The notes beneath the pieces are model-generated. The model was not told the origin of the DNA and ran no database searches. It was given only the letters and a program-made list of their open reading frames with translations. Shown one piece after another: positions 12,715 to 25,540 of a stretch of 64,000 bases of DNA; the stretch's first letter is position 1; each line of letters starts with the position of its first letter. Position numbers and translations under genes: made by a program. Origin of the DNA: Malacoraja senta (taxonomy: Eukaryota); assembly GCA_038087875.1 (NCBI GenBank), contig CM075986.1:15934001-15998000 (forward strand), in the 5' to 3' direction.

Positions 12715-14293
12715 CTTCCAAAGTGTTGTTCCAAAAACCATTTATCAAATACATAATATCAGGTTTAATAAGTCTCCTTGAATCCAGACGAAATGAATCA
12801 TAATCATAATAATACTTTATTAGCCAAGTATGTTTTGCAACATACGAGTAATTGCATTTGCCATACAGCCATACCAATAAAAAGCAACAGAACACACAAA
12901 ATACATTTTAACACAAACATCCACCACAGTGACTCCTCTACATTCCTCACTGTGATGGAAGGCGAAAAAAAGTTCAATCTCTTCCTTTCTTTGTCCTCCC
13001 GGGGTCGAGGGCCTCAAGCCTTCCGTTGATGGGACGATCTTGACTCCCGTAGCCGGCGGCTATACTTGAAAAATGTGGCACCTAGGCAGGGTGAGGCGGC
13101 CGATCTCGACATCATAGGGTCTTCCTTGCCGATTGGTGGGTTGAATTTGCCCCTTGCAGCCAGGGATCTGGAACTCTGAGCCGGCACATCTATTCCCAGA
13201 GCTGACTTATGAGGCTGACTTTGCAGGCCAATATCTTGGCTCCTCAGTTGCCTGGGCGGACGGTTCCGGTACTGTTGGACTCCTCTCGGAGGCCATGGCC
13301 TCTGTTGGTCTGGCAAAATGGATAATCCAGAAAGGCATGAACCAAGGATACCAGAAAATCGGTGGTGGATGTATAGTAAATTTAATGGCGGTCCCTGGCT
13401 GTTATTCCAGTTTGATTTATATGCATCATGTTACATGTAGTGCCTTTGACCTTGAAATAAATCACACAATTAACATCTAGCAAATGTACTGAACATTGAA
13501 CAATTTATAACTAGGACTCGGTAATGTTTTAAAATCAATTATACATTTTTTTTCCTCTCACTGTTAAATGTGTTTCTCCTCAAGAAACTCGCAAGATCTT
13601 TGAAATAATTTGAAAATCTCCAGGAAACTCTTTTCAAGGCTTTGCAGAAAGTTAAGGTGCATGGTACTGAACAGATTCCTCCACTTAGAACCAGCATAGA
13701 TTGGATTGGTCAAATGGCCACTGCCTATACCTCAGCAATCTTAGCAAAATGACAAGTTTCTCAGAATTAGTTCTGACTCAAACTGGGTTAATTATCCAAG
13801 TTTGAATTTTTCAGTGTACAGAACTGAAATAAGTGTCTGTTCGTCAATTTACATTAGCAGGGCTTTAGCCTTTGATAAACATGAGAAATAGATATTTCAA
13901 GAATGAAACTGAAATTTGGAACGTCGCCAAATCAATTTATGCTAATTTAAATTCTACGATGAATATGTTTTTGTTAGTCAAAGGAGACATGGCCAATATA
14001 TTGGGTCGGGTAACAAAATAGCCACGATTTCTCTGATTGGTGGAATGTGCCTGAGGGATTAAATTACCTACCTACACGTTTCCTTTTTTCTGACCCCATT
14101 GCCAACACCACATTCTGCACACCCAGTACTTAGCTGTATCATAACAATGTCACGTTCAGAGCTGACATAATTCCTCTAGTGTGAGAGCGACGTGTCTGGA
14201 ACCTCACTTCAAGTTCAGTACACTCTACACTATAATTTACATCATTTTTCAAGGGAGTATATAATTGTTTTACTTGCCTCTTTAAATTTAAAG

Positions 14294-14442
14294 CTCCAGG
14301 TGCACCTACCAACTGGAGGAGAGGAAAGCTGCTTGGACAGGGGGCATTTGGACGCGTCTACCTCTGTTATGACGTGGACACAGGAAGGGAACTTGCTGCA
14401 AAACAAGTTCAGTTTGACCCTGACAGCCTTGAGACCAGCAAG
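14294..14442 (+). CDS. MAP3K3: MAP3K3 kinase exon (149 nt; [50 protein letters not shown])
   Basis: aaag| and |gtaagt; Gly-rich loop GQGAFG and catalytic Lys. Confidence 0.98.
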
Positions 14443-16230
14443 GTAAGTACTGTGATCTGTAATCCTAGTTAATCAATAGAGTAAGGTGCAGTTTAAGACA
14501 CAGATTAATTGTTCAGCCAAAGATTGAAGATTTGATTTAAATCTTTGGCATATTAATAATCTCAAACCCAGAATCCTTGCGGGTCGTAGAGTTGGGATTT
14601 ATTTTCTTTACTTTTTTTTAAAAATTACTGCTGAAATAATCAGTATTATTGTGTTTTCCGTCTCCAATGTTCCTCTTAAACCTCAGTCATGACGCTCCAA
14701 CTAGCTATAATCTCATCATCTTAAATGAAGGCTCGACACAATCTTCTGCTAATTCCCACAGCCCCATCAATTTCTCTGCAGACATCCATGTTCTCTACCT
14801 CAATCGTCACCTCAACAACTCTGCCCGTATTGTTGGCCTTGATACCTCCCCGTAATTGAGCATATATTTCGTACATTCTAAAGGGGGAAAGGTTTATTAA
14901 AATAGCAAGTACCAATCAGTTATCTTTCTGTATAGCTAATAGGACTTGATGTTTCAATGTAATAAGTCGGCACTCTTGCTATTTGCAGTGGGATTGGAGT
15001 GGTGAAAGGTAGGATAGGTACGTCATCGAGGTTATCAGGTGGGCGCCCTCCTTCATCAAATTACCTGTGTCTTGGTACTTGGAAATATGCTGACCATTTT
15101 CATATCAATTCTGCCGACAAGGGAATTGCTTCCTGTCTAGAAGGCAGCATATAGATGATCAAGCAATTGATTAATGGGTTATTTCCCAACAAAAATTAAC
15201 AAAATTAAGTTATATCATAAAGGATTATCCCTAAAGGTTTTGTGGTTTATTTGTACAGTCAGAAGACATTGAAGTTTCCATTTTAATTCGATTGCTATTT
15301 AATTTCTCCAGAATTAGATGATTATGATTTATCAGCCCCCTTGTTGTGTCTTGGGATAACTAATTTATCCTGCTGTTTCCTTTTAAAACTGAGAAAATAT
15401 TTGGCACTTCCTGTGTGAGGGGAAAATGCACTGAGCGTTACATGCAGAGTGTTGGTGAATATAATGAGCTGCCAAGTCAAATGGCTGGATTTATACTTTG
15501 AGCTGAGGTGGCTTTATCTTCTCTGCAAAATCTACTGAGTCTTGTTGGAGCTTGGTTCAATATTTGATAGGCAGCCTCACCTAAGCTCCCAAATGCTCAT
15601 TTACCAGATTGTAATTTCTCTCTATCCACCTTATCTCTCTCTACCCACCCTAATTGTAACGGTTTGTTAAATGTGCACTCCACTTCATTATCAGAGCTTT
15701 CGGGAGGAATGACCATAATATAGACTTTTGCATAAGAAAGAACTGCAAATGCTAATTTAAATCGAAGATAGGCACAAAATGCTGGAGTAACTCAGCAGGA
15801 CAGGCAGCATGTGTAGGAAAGAACTGCATATGGTGGTTTAAATCGAAAGGGAAAAAAAATGCTGGAGTTACTGGACAGGCAGCATTTCTGGAGAGAAGGA
15901 ATGGGTCGACCTGAAACGTCACCCATTCCATGTACACTTTTGCACTGAGTTTGAAAATAGTAGGTAATTTGAAACTAGGGTCTTAAATCAAAACAAAGAA
16001 AATTTCGAAGGTATAGGGTGAGTTGTTTTTGGTAGATTGGGAAATGCCTTAAAAGGTCTAAGGGTGCATGGGGAATGGTAAACATTTGAAGTAATGTATA
16101 ATTGCAAAAATAGAGTAACATTCCTCTGAGGCACGAAAAAACAAAAGGAAAAGTACTCCATCCAAGGGTAATGAGAGAAATTAAACCCCTCTCATTCCTT
16201 TAAACCCTGGTGAATACAGGTCTATACGCC

Positions 16231-16329
16231 AGATAGACACAAAAAGCTGAAGTAACTCAGTGGGTCAGACAGCATCTCTGGAGAAAAGGAATAGGTGACG
16301 TTTCGGGTCGAGGCCCTTCTTCAGACTCA
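16231..16329 (-). mobile_element. Penelope-derived short repeat with minimal hammerhead core
   Basis: Minus strand reads gagt CTGAAGA a gggcctcgaccc GAAA cgtc acct. Confidence 0.7.
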
Positions 16330-17143
16330 GACCCTAGTCTATGCAAAAATTAAAGTGATTTTTTTCCCTAAGGCTTGCACAAACCATTATAGGCCTTGGA
16401 GGTGCACAGTAATACCCCAAATTTCTACCATCATCTGCTGTTTCAACTTTGTATGGTACTTGAAGCACTCTTTTAAAACCACTCTCTGTGACCACACTAG
16501 ATATGAGATCCCGGCCTATATTTTTCTTCACCAGTGTATTTGTTGCACTGCACCTGAACGTATTTTGGGAAATTCTAGAAATTGCAACTTCAGTTACTTT
16601 GGGCTGGTAGTCTACCCAGGTTAACAACTGCCAATGGGGTGGTTATTTTTGTATTGAATTCTGACATTGGTGCTTTGCCAATATCCAAATGTAAGCTTGA
16701 TTTATTTATTTTTTATAAACTCAATAATATTAAAGCTGTGTTGTGATCTACTTTGTCTCTACTTTGGCTTTGCTCCAAAGTCTAATGCTGAAATAATATG
16801 CTAGTGTGTGAAGGATGAAGCAATCTGTTGGACTTCCCTCAAAGTTATATTTGTGCCAAAACATCTACATGTACCAGACCCATTCCCTATGTTACTCATA
16901 ATCTGATCCTCTCAAATTGCTTCAGCACCACTGGTACATCCTGCAAACCTGGGGATATTTTTAGGCATATCAGCAAATATCACATCTCACTTCACTCTTG
17001 GAAGTTTTTCTCTAGTTCATGTGGATATTATTGCTGTTTAACATCCCAAAGAAGTGAAGTTCTTTTGACTACATCATGAACACAACTGGCATAAGGAAGC
17101 GTACAAAGCCTTGACATGATTTCTGCTTGGAATCCCTCACTAG

Positions 17144-17275
17144 GAAGTAAGTGCTTTGGAGTGTGAGATACAGTTACTGAAGAACCTGCAGCATGAGCGG
17201 ATAGTGCAATACTACGGCTGTCTACGGGAAAAAGCAGAGAGGACTCTTTCGATTTTCATGGAGTATATGCCTGGG
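17144..17275 (+). CDS. MAP3K3: MAP3K3 kinase exon (132 nt; [44 protein letters not shown])
   Basis: actag| and |gtgagt; phase 0 to 0. Confidence 0.98.
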
Positions 17276-18536
17276 GTGAGTAAAAAAAATAAAGAGCTTC
17301 TCTTACAATTTCAAATCCATGGCATGTAACATTTGTGAATTGTGTTCATTAGGAAAATTGTGTGTAAAAGCACAAGGTGTGGTAAATAAAATGGTAAAAC
17401 TGCATGTACAAATAGCTATTTGGGATTGCTGTAACAAAGATATTAAAACGTAGCTATAAAGAAAAGTATTGGACTTATAATATTCCTGTAAAGAAATTCT
17501 GGAAAGATGAAGAAAGAAAGAGAATGAACATCCCATCCAGATTCAGATTAGTGTAGTATCATATACACCAGGGTGCAATGAATGTCATTGAAGCTCTTAG
17601 AGTAAATAATATACATTAATGATAAATACAATGAAGAGTACAAACCAGCATAATGGTGCAAGATTGTAGTGCAATCTGAAGTAGTGCAAAAGAATATTAA
17701 ACTACAACTACAGTTATATTAAACAACATAACTGAATGAGGTAAGGTTAAGTGTAAGATATGTGGCAACACCCCCAGGAAACAGTATAAAAAAGCTTTTG
17801 TTTAAGGAGGAACTGTAGATGCTGGAAAATCGAAGGTAGACAAAAATTCTGGAGAAACTCAGTGGGTGAGGCAGCATCTATGGAGCGAAGGAAATAGGCA
17901 ATGTTTCGGGCCGAAACCCTTCTTCAGAAAGAGCTGATTTGTTCAGGAGTTTGATGGCTGTGGGGAAGAAGCTATTCTTAAATCTGGATGACCAGCTTTC
18001 TGAAAAGGACCCGTTAATTCCTTCTCTTTGCTTCCTGTCTGCCAACCAGTTCTCTATCCATGTCAATATCCTACCCTCAATACCATGTGCTCTAATTTTG
18101 CACATTAATCTCTTGTGGGGGATGCACACTAATCTCTTGTGTTTTCCTCAAGATTCACAGTGAAAAAAAGACGTCGTTTTTCCTCAAGATTCTAGCATCT
18201 GCAGTTCCTCTTCTCCACCGTTCTCTCTCATGTTCCCATCAACTCCACCTTAAAAGCATTATTTTGTTTTGCAGCCTTCTACAATTCACTGCAAGGCATA
18301 AATCACATAGAAGTAAAATAAAGCAGTAAAACCCACTGAATCCATAACCGAACCCATAAATTATTTATGAAACATAAAATCATTTTAATCTTTCAAGCGA
18401 TCTCCACATGAAACCTGTAAAATTTGGCACTTTGCCATTGCGATGTGATGTGGGTTTCTTAAACTGAAGAATTGGGAAGGATGGTGGCCAAATCATTTAG
18501 AATGAATAGAATCGCTGCCAATTAATTGGTGATAGG

Positions 18537-19436
18537 GTGAGGAGGATGCTAGGAGACTGCAAGGTGACTTGGATAGGCTGGGTGAGTGGGCAAATGTTTG
18601 GCAGATGCAGTATAATGTGGATAAATGTGAGGTTATCCACTTTGGTAGCAAAAACGGGAAGGCAGACTATTATCTAAATGGTGGCCGATTAGGAAATGGG
18701 GAGATGCAGCGAGACCTGGGTGTCATGGTACACCAGTCATTGAAAGTAGGCATGCAGGTGCAGCAGGCAGTGAAGAAAGCGAATGGTATGTTGGCCTTCA
18801 TAGCAAGAGGATTTGAGTATAGGAGCAGGGAGGTTCTACTGCAGTTGTACAGGGTCTTGGTGAGACCACACCTGGAGTATTGCGTACAGTTTTGGTCTCC
18901 AAATCTGAGGAAGGACATTATAGCCATAGAGGGAGTGCAGAGAAGGTTCACCAGACTGATTCCTGGGATGTCAGGACTTTCATATGAAGAAAGACTGGAT
19001 AGACTTGGCTTATACTCGCTAGAATTTAGGAGATTGAGAGGGGATCTTATAGAAACGTACAAGATTCTTATGGGGTTGGACAGGCTAGATGCAGGAAGAT
19101 TGTTCCCGATGTTGGGGAAGTCCAGGACAAGGGGTCACAGCTTAAGGATAAGGGGAAAATCCTTTAAGACCGAGATGAGGAAAAACTTTTTCACACAGAG
19201 AGTGGTGAATCTCTGGAACTCTCTGCCACAGAGGGTAGTTGAGGCCAGTTCATTGGCTATATTTAAGAGGGAATTAGATGTGGCCCTTGTGGCTAAAGGG
19301 ATCAGGGGGTATGGAGAGAAGGCAGGTACGGGATACTGAGTTGGATGATCAGCCATGATCGTATTGAATGGCGGTGCAGGCTCGAAGGGCCGAATGGCCT
19401 ACTCCTGCACCTAATTTCTATGTATCTATGTATCTA
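18537..19436 (+). mobile_element. Young 5'-truncated CR1 LINE (open ORF2 C-terminus, 18569-19339)
   Basis: 256-aa uninterrupted frame with LVRPHLEYCVQFWSP and FFTQRVVNLWNSLP; (ctatgtat)n tail; candidate TSD tgatagg (18530-18536 / 19437-19443). Confidence 0.95.
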
Positions 19437-20523
19437 TGATAGGATTTGTGGTTTTAATTTACTGAAGCTACAAAAATCACTCTATTTGCTCAACAGTTTC
19501 CAAATTCTTGACTAAACTTGCAGTAGAGTCTCTGCCCATGATCAAACACGGCAGCAACGAGAATCTCTAGAGACATGAACATTGCTGCAAAATAATTCTG
19601 TGGAAAATAGTTACATAATACAAACTAAATGAGTTACACAATACATGCATTATAAAATCAATCTCAGTTATCTACAAGAGGGTTGAAACAACAAGATGTT
19701 CACAGAGAAATAATCCTGTCATCTCCAAATTCAGCTGAGACATTTGGTGTCTTGTGCAGCATTTGTTTTAAGGCAGTTTGTCAAAGAGCCTATCAAGATA
19801 GATGTTTTGCAATAGGTCGGTGTTTTGGAAAAATCTAAATATTTTCTCAGCTCAGCTGCTAATCAATGCTAATTTACTTTTATCATCAAGCTGGAAGTAG
19901 AAAAGCATTTAGCTGTTGGTTCAGACATGAAATCAAAAATTGTTTACTTACAATCTGGATCTACATCTAAATTCAGATCTTCAATCTCAAAAGAAATTCT
20001 ATGGCACTTCACAAGAGGATTACAAAATTTGAAACTGAATGACATACAGGAGTATTATGCAAGAAACCTAAAGTTTCAGCTAGGTAGATTTTATGAATCG
20101 TATTAATTAATAGTGAAGTGTTTAATTGGCATAATCATCAGGAACAGAACAATGAACTTCTTGCAAGCTGCAGATTTATCACACCATATCACAGATAATA
20201 ATACAATAATACAATAAAATTATCAGTTGTACTAACAGACCATAATAGTTTAAACCATAGTACGCAGTGTAACCTACATAAAGTCTATAGTAGTTTGTTG
20301 CTGAGGTGGGGTATTAGGGGACAATGGAAGCAAGATTTAGGAAGGGTAGATTTAGAGAGCTGAAACGTGTAGCTGAAGCCATGTGCACGAATAGTGATTA
20401 ATATCAGGGATCTACGGAGGACCAGAGAGCCCAGACAGACTGAGGAGAAATGCGAGAGCCAAAGCCATGGAGCGATTTGAAAATGATAATGAGAATTTTA
20501 CAATCAATATATTGTTTCAGTAT

Positions 20524-20840
20524 GGGCAGCACCATGGCGCAGCTAGTTGAGATGCTGCCTCATTGTTCCAGCAACTGGATGCGATCCTGAATTTTGCTGC
20601 TGTCTACGCGGACATTCTCCTTATGACCACATGGGTTTCCCTTGGGTGCTCTGATTTCTCTCCAACATTGCAAAGCTGTGCGGGTTGCTAAAATAATTGG
20701 CCGGATGTAAATTGCCTCTGGTGTGTAGGTGAGTGGTGGAATCTCGGGAGTTGATGGGAATGTAATTGGTGCATGGTTGCTGTAAATGAGTGACTGATGG
20801 TCAGCACAGGCATGGTGGGCTGAAAGGCCTTTTGCATGGA
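20524..20840 (+). mobile_element. Degenerate V-SINE
   Basis: ggcagcaccatggcgcagctagt head and atgggtttcccttgggtgctctgatttctctcc core; opposite orientation to 12422-12714. Confidence 0.7.
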
Positions 20841-22472
20841 TATACACATGTACAGCAGATGGTATGTATTGAGATACGGACAGGCGAGTAGTAAATTAGT
20901 TCAAGTTTATTTATGGGGAATGCTTTCTATGAGGCCAGCAGAGAAGCCTCGGAATGACAAAGGCGTTGCAATGCAGCTGCAGATCAGCTGAGGGAAAAAG
21001 TGAATCAGACCGTGTCACAGATATACGAGGAAAATGCTTGGTAACGCTACAGGAATGTTTGTCGAGCAAATGGTATCATTTGGTGCCCCTAACCACAGTT
21101 TATGTTATAAAATATTTATAGCACAGAAATAAACTTTTTGGCCCATCAGATATTCTCACAAGCTTTTTTCCCTTATTTCATTGCATCTTAACAATATATC
21201 CTTCTATCCCTTTCTCCCATGTATATTAATTAGTTTCCCTTTAAATACATTTACACTATTAGTTTGTTACACTTTTTAAATGGATATCCTACTCGACAAT
21301 GCAGTGGTATGCTAAACTGCACTTTGTTCATCTGAATCTGTTCTAATCATGTGCAGCATTTTTAGCAGTGTCATTGTGCGTTTTTTATTTTTTACAAATT
21401 CCAGTTTAGTTGTGTGGTTAGCACTACAACTTCTGCCATTCAACCCCCAGTACAAATTTCATCATTAAATCTGCAGTACAATACTGAAGTACTGGTGTTC
21501 ATGAGATATCAAAGCAGGATGTATCTTTCTGCTGTAAATATAGGATTGCACACTTTAAAGTGGAATAGGACTTTCTCTTGAACTCCTTACAAGGTTTGTT
21601 TCCACAGGGTTACCCCGTCATTGTTTAAAAAATAAATTATACTGCTTTTAGTTTATATAATATTTGTGGGATTATTTTATCCACAAATTGGTTGCCATAT
21701 TTGTTCATATGACAGAGATTTAAAAAGAATCTGCTTGTTATGAGGAAGGGTATGATGGTGACACAGAAGTTAAGTTACCAGACTATTTGTTCAAGAGGCC
21801 CGTTTTCAAATCCTACTGGAGGGAGTGTAGCAAAGATCCACCAGACTTGTTCCAGGAATAGCAGGTTTGCAGTACGAGGAGAGATTTAGTAGACTGGGAC
21901 TATATTGCCCAGAATCTCAAGAATGAGAAGGGATCACATTGAAACATTAAATTATTTTAAGGGGCTTTCCAGACAGGATGTGGGGAAGACATTTCTCCTA
22001 GCTGAGGAATCTAGGACCAGATAGCACAGTTCCAAAACGAGGAATTGAGATGACACTAATTTTCTTACGGACTGAGTTTACAAGAAATGTCCTCATACAG
22101 TAGATGGTGAACCTTTGGAATTCGCTACCCGGGAGTCCTGTGAGGCACAGTTTTGTTCATTGACTGAACTGACAAATGTTTGGACATCAGGGGAATCGAG
22201 CGATATGGGGTTACGGCAGGAAAATTAGGTAGAAGATTAACCATGGTAATTAATGGCCGAACATGCTCGGGTGACCAGGTTGCCTACCCCTCCTATTTTA
22301 TAATTAAGTCAGTGTGTTGGAGCCTAGCATGATTACTTGCACAATAAATGATAATGTTAACCAGATCTTAACCGCAGGGACATGAATTAAGTGCACAATA
22401 TTAAAGGGGAAGTGAACCACAGATTTAAATAAATAAATGTATGATATTTGGTCTGCCTGTTCTCCATTGCAC

Positions 22473-23447
22473 AATAAGCGAGTTTGGTATTCTGAAAAAC
22501 ACAAGGAATCATGGGATTTGTCAAAGGTCACTCGATATAAAGAAAAAACGAACAAAGCGCTGGCAGATTTATGTGTAATAATATATTTAATCTGAGGAAC
22601 AGGGGTGCCAAGTAGCGGTAGAGCGGGGTGTAACAGCGAGACAGAGGGGGCAGATGCGAGTGTGAGACTGGACCGGCGGAGAGACATTATTGGCAGCTGC
22701 GTGCACACATACCCGCGCCTCATCCGCAGCCAGGATCGACCCCGGCGCCGCAAGCGCTGCCGAACCGCCACTGGACTGTCTCCCCCCGTCCGTCTGTGTC
22801 CCATCCTCCCAAGTGGGACGGAGACGTCCAGGGCAATCCTGGACCAACGGGACAGCGGCCCGGAGCAGTGGCCCACAGGCCCACAGACGGCGCGGAGAAG
22901 CACCAACCCCAGCTCAACTCCACCTGCCTGGCGGGCCAACCGACGGAACAGCAGCCCACAGGCCCACAGCCAGCGCGGAGAAGAAGCTCCAAACCCAGCT
23001 CAACTTTGCCTGGACAAGGAGAGAGGCCCGCCGGGGAACGGCCTCCCCCCGGGAGCCGGAGCCAGCACCTCTCCCCCCACCCCCCGCACCGGCTGCAAGC
23101 CCGGCCCGACACCTCCGGCAAGCCCTGAACAGGAACGGGACACCCGGGAGGGGACGGGGACGACCCAGCAGCAACTCAATGGCGCCCACAGTGCCGGAGA
23201 CCCGACCCCGACCTCGCTCACTCACCGAAGCATAAAGCAATAAACACGACAAAATAATCTTAGGTTTTAACAAAGGAACAATAAATACAACTAATTCATA
23301 GTTTGAAAGCAGTATTTTCTTACCTAGAAGAATCAAAGCTGGAAAAAACAGATGAAACGTGTACACAGCTCCACTGCTTCCAGCAATGTTTATCCAGAGT
23401 GACCTTTGACCTGGGCATGTGCAGTCGGAATTACAAACTCGCTTATT
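22473..23447. mobile_element. Unclassified non-autonomous DNA transposon with TIRs and GC/CpG-rich interior
   Basis: Perfect 14-bp inverted ends aataagcgagtttg (22473-22486) / caaactcgcttatt (23434-23447); subterminal gtcaaaggtc / gacctttgac; relative at 26636. Confidence 0.75.
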
Positions 23448-24225
23448 CTGTAGCACTAATTTCTTTCTAAGCAAAATTTGGTAGCCCAACTGCTCCAAGT
23501 CCTTGTGAAGTTAAGTGATCTAACCACAGATTTTGAAAACTTTGTCTTATAGAAGTAGTTCTATGTGTCGAGCTTATGTGTCAAGTTATATAATTATATC
23601 TTTATCATTGAAGCATTTTCAAGTCTTGGCTCAGATCTGATCTTTTTTGGCCTTTAGTACATTTTTGAAATTGGCACTTAATGTTGTTCTTCCAGCTACA
23701 TGTCCATGAATGGCCCTTTCTATCTTGCCAACCAAACAGCTAAACAGAATATCATTGTGGAACCTTCTTGACAGAAGTTCAGATTAAACTGGAATATGCC
23801 AAATATTCTCAATATATTTTTCCTTTCACAATAATTGCTACGATGATAAATAGAGACATCGGTTGCACATTGCCACGTCTTATTATGAGCTCCTAATCAC
23901 ACAGGTCTAAGGGAAACAAGTGGGCATGTGTTTGTTTTCATGGGGAGAAAAAAAGTTTGGGAAATGAGTAATGCTGAATTGCTGCTTTGCAAAATAAGAC
24001 TAGATATTCATGAAAAGGGGGAAATGAGGATTTAAGTGGAGAAATCGTCTCAATTTCTTGTTCTGTTGCGGTTGGGCATTACATCTCCTATGACAGAATT
24101 TGTCCCAGGTCTCGAGCAACTGTGCCAAATGGCCAACCCAAAAATCTTTCCAACTTTTTCCCCAACTCTATTTTAATATAATGAATAGGTTAAAGGGAAA
24201 ATTCTGGTCTCATTTCTGATGATTG

Positions 24226-24905
24226 GTTAAGTTAGGTTAAGTTTATTTTTGTCACATGTACCAAGGTACAGTGAAAAGCTTTATTTTGTATGCTATCCAA
24301 TCAAATCTGACAATACTAAACATAAATATATTCAAGTCTAACTCGTGTACGATAGGCAGAACGAATGAAAAGATAGAGTGCAGAATATAATTAGTTCTAC
24401 AGCAGTTCCAGAGACAAAATCCACAATTAGGTAGCGGAGAATGAAACTACCCCCTCGCTTATGAAAGAACCATTCAAAACCCAGATAACAGAAGAAGCTG
24501 TTTGAGTCTGGTGAATCATGCTTTCAACCTTCTGCCCGGCAGGAGCAGGGAGAAGGAGGAATGACCAGGGTGGGAAAGGTGTTTGATTGTGTCGGCTACT
24601 TTCCAGAGGCAGCATGAAGTATTGATGGAGTCAATGGTGGAGAGTCTGGTCTGCGTCATGAACGGGACTACATCCACTACTCTCTGCAATCTCTTGTGGT
24701 CTTGTGATGAGCTGTGGTGCAACCTGACAGTAAGCTTTCAACGTTGCTTCTGTAAAAGTTTGTAAGAGTCTTTGGAGACATGCCGAATTTCCTCGGTCTC
24801 CAGAGGAAGTAGAGGGGTTAGAGCCGCCTTGGCTGTTGTTTCATTGTGATTGATCCACAACAGATAGTTAGTCAGATTTATACCAAGAAACTTGAAGCAC
24901 TCAAC
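24226..24905 (-). mobile_element. Rex1/Babar LINE 3' end
   Basis: Minus ORF HKRLQRVVD...IKHLSHPGHSSFSLLLPGRRLK matches the Rex1 C-terminal pattern LQRVV...DPSHPGH.LF.LLPSGRR; (taacc/taact)n tail. Confidence 0.85.
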
Positions 24906-25368
24906 TGATTGATTAAATAACTTCCATTTTTTTTAAGCACTAGGAGGTAAAAACCACAATTCATTGCAATATCTGGACTCTTAGCGTCTGGTTTATATTT
25001 TGAAAATGTCACAGCATTTCAGTCAAAACCAGTCTGTTCAGCAAACTGGGGATAAAATTGACAACTCTGACATGTTTGAACATTCTGAAATGTTGGAGCT
25101 GGAATACACGATCAAAATGGTTGCCACTTTAAGTCACTTTCAATATCTCTGCCTTTCAGAGAAATTAAGTTGAGTAGAAGGTCCTTTAACTGGAGAAGTG
25201 GCTTCTGGATTAGCTTTGATGTTTATTTGCTGTCTGGTAGTAGAGTCAAATGCTGATAACATCGTGCTTTTTTTATTTACTGCAAACTTTTAAATAGGCT
25301 GGTAATTTATTTTTTGATCTTGTAAGAAGTGTACACAAGCTACCCCAAAGAGTTACTTAATTATCCTT

Positions 25369-25540
25369 AGATAGACACAAAAAGCTGGAATAACGTTTTA
25401 TTCTTTAGACTGAAGAAGGGTCTCGACCCGAAACGTTACCCTTTCCTTCTCTCCAGAGATGCTGCTTTTCCCAATGAGTTACTCCAGCATTTTGTGTGTA
25501 TCTTCGGTTTAAACCAGCATCTGCAGTTCCTTCCTACACA
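25369..25540 (+). mobile_element. Penelope-derived repeat with intact hammerhead-like core
   Basis: ctgaagaagggtctcgacccgaaacgttacc at 25410-25440 between inverted gacacaaaa / ttttgtgt arms. Confidence 0.7.

Noticed and set aside
18670-19062. Antisense ORFs over CR1 copies (also 31340-31675, 38821-39216)
   Set aside because: Shadow frames of CR1 ORF2, not independent genes.
22304-23498. Cluster of overlapping 100-212 aa ORFs on both strands
   Set aside because: Pro/Gly/Arg/Ala-rich products of high GC content inside a TIR element; no recognisable domain.
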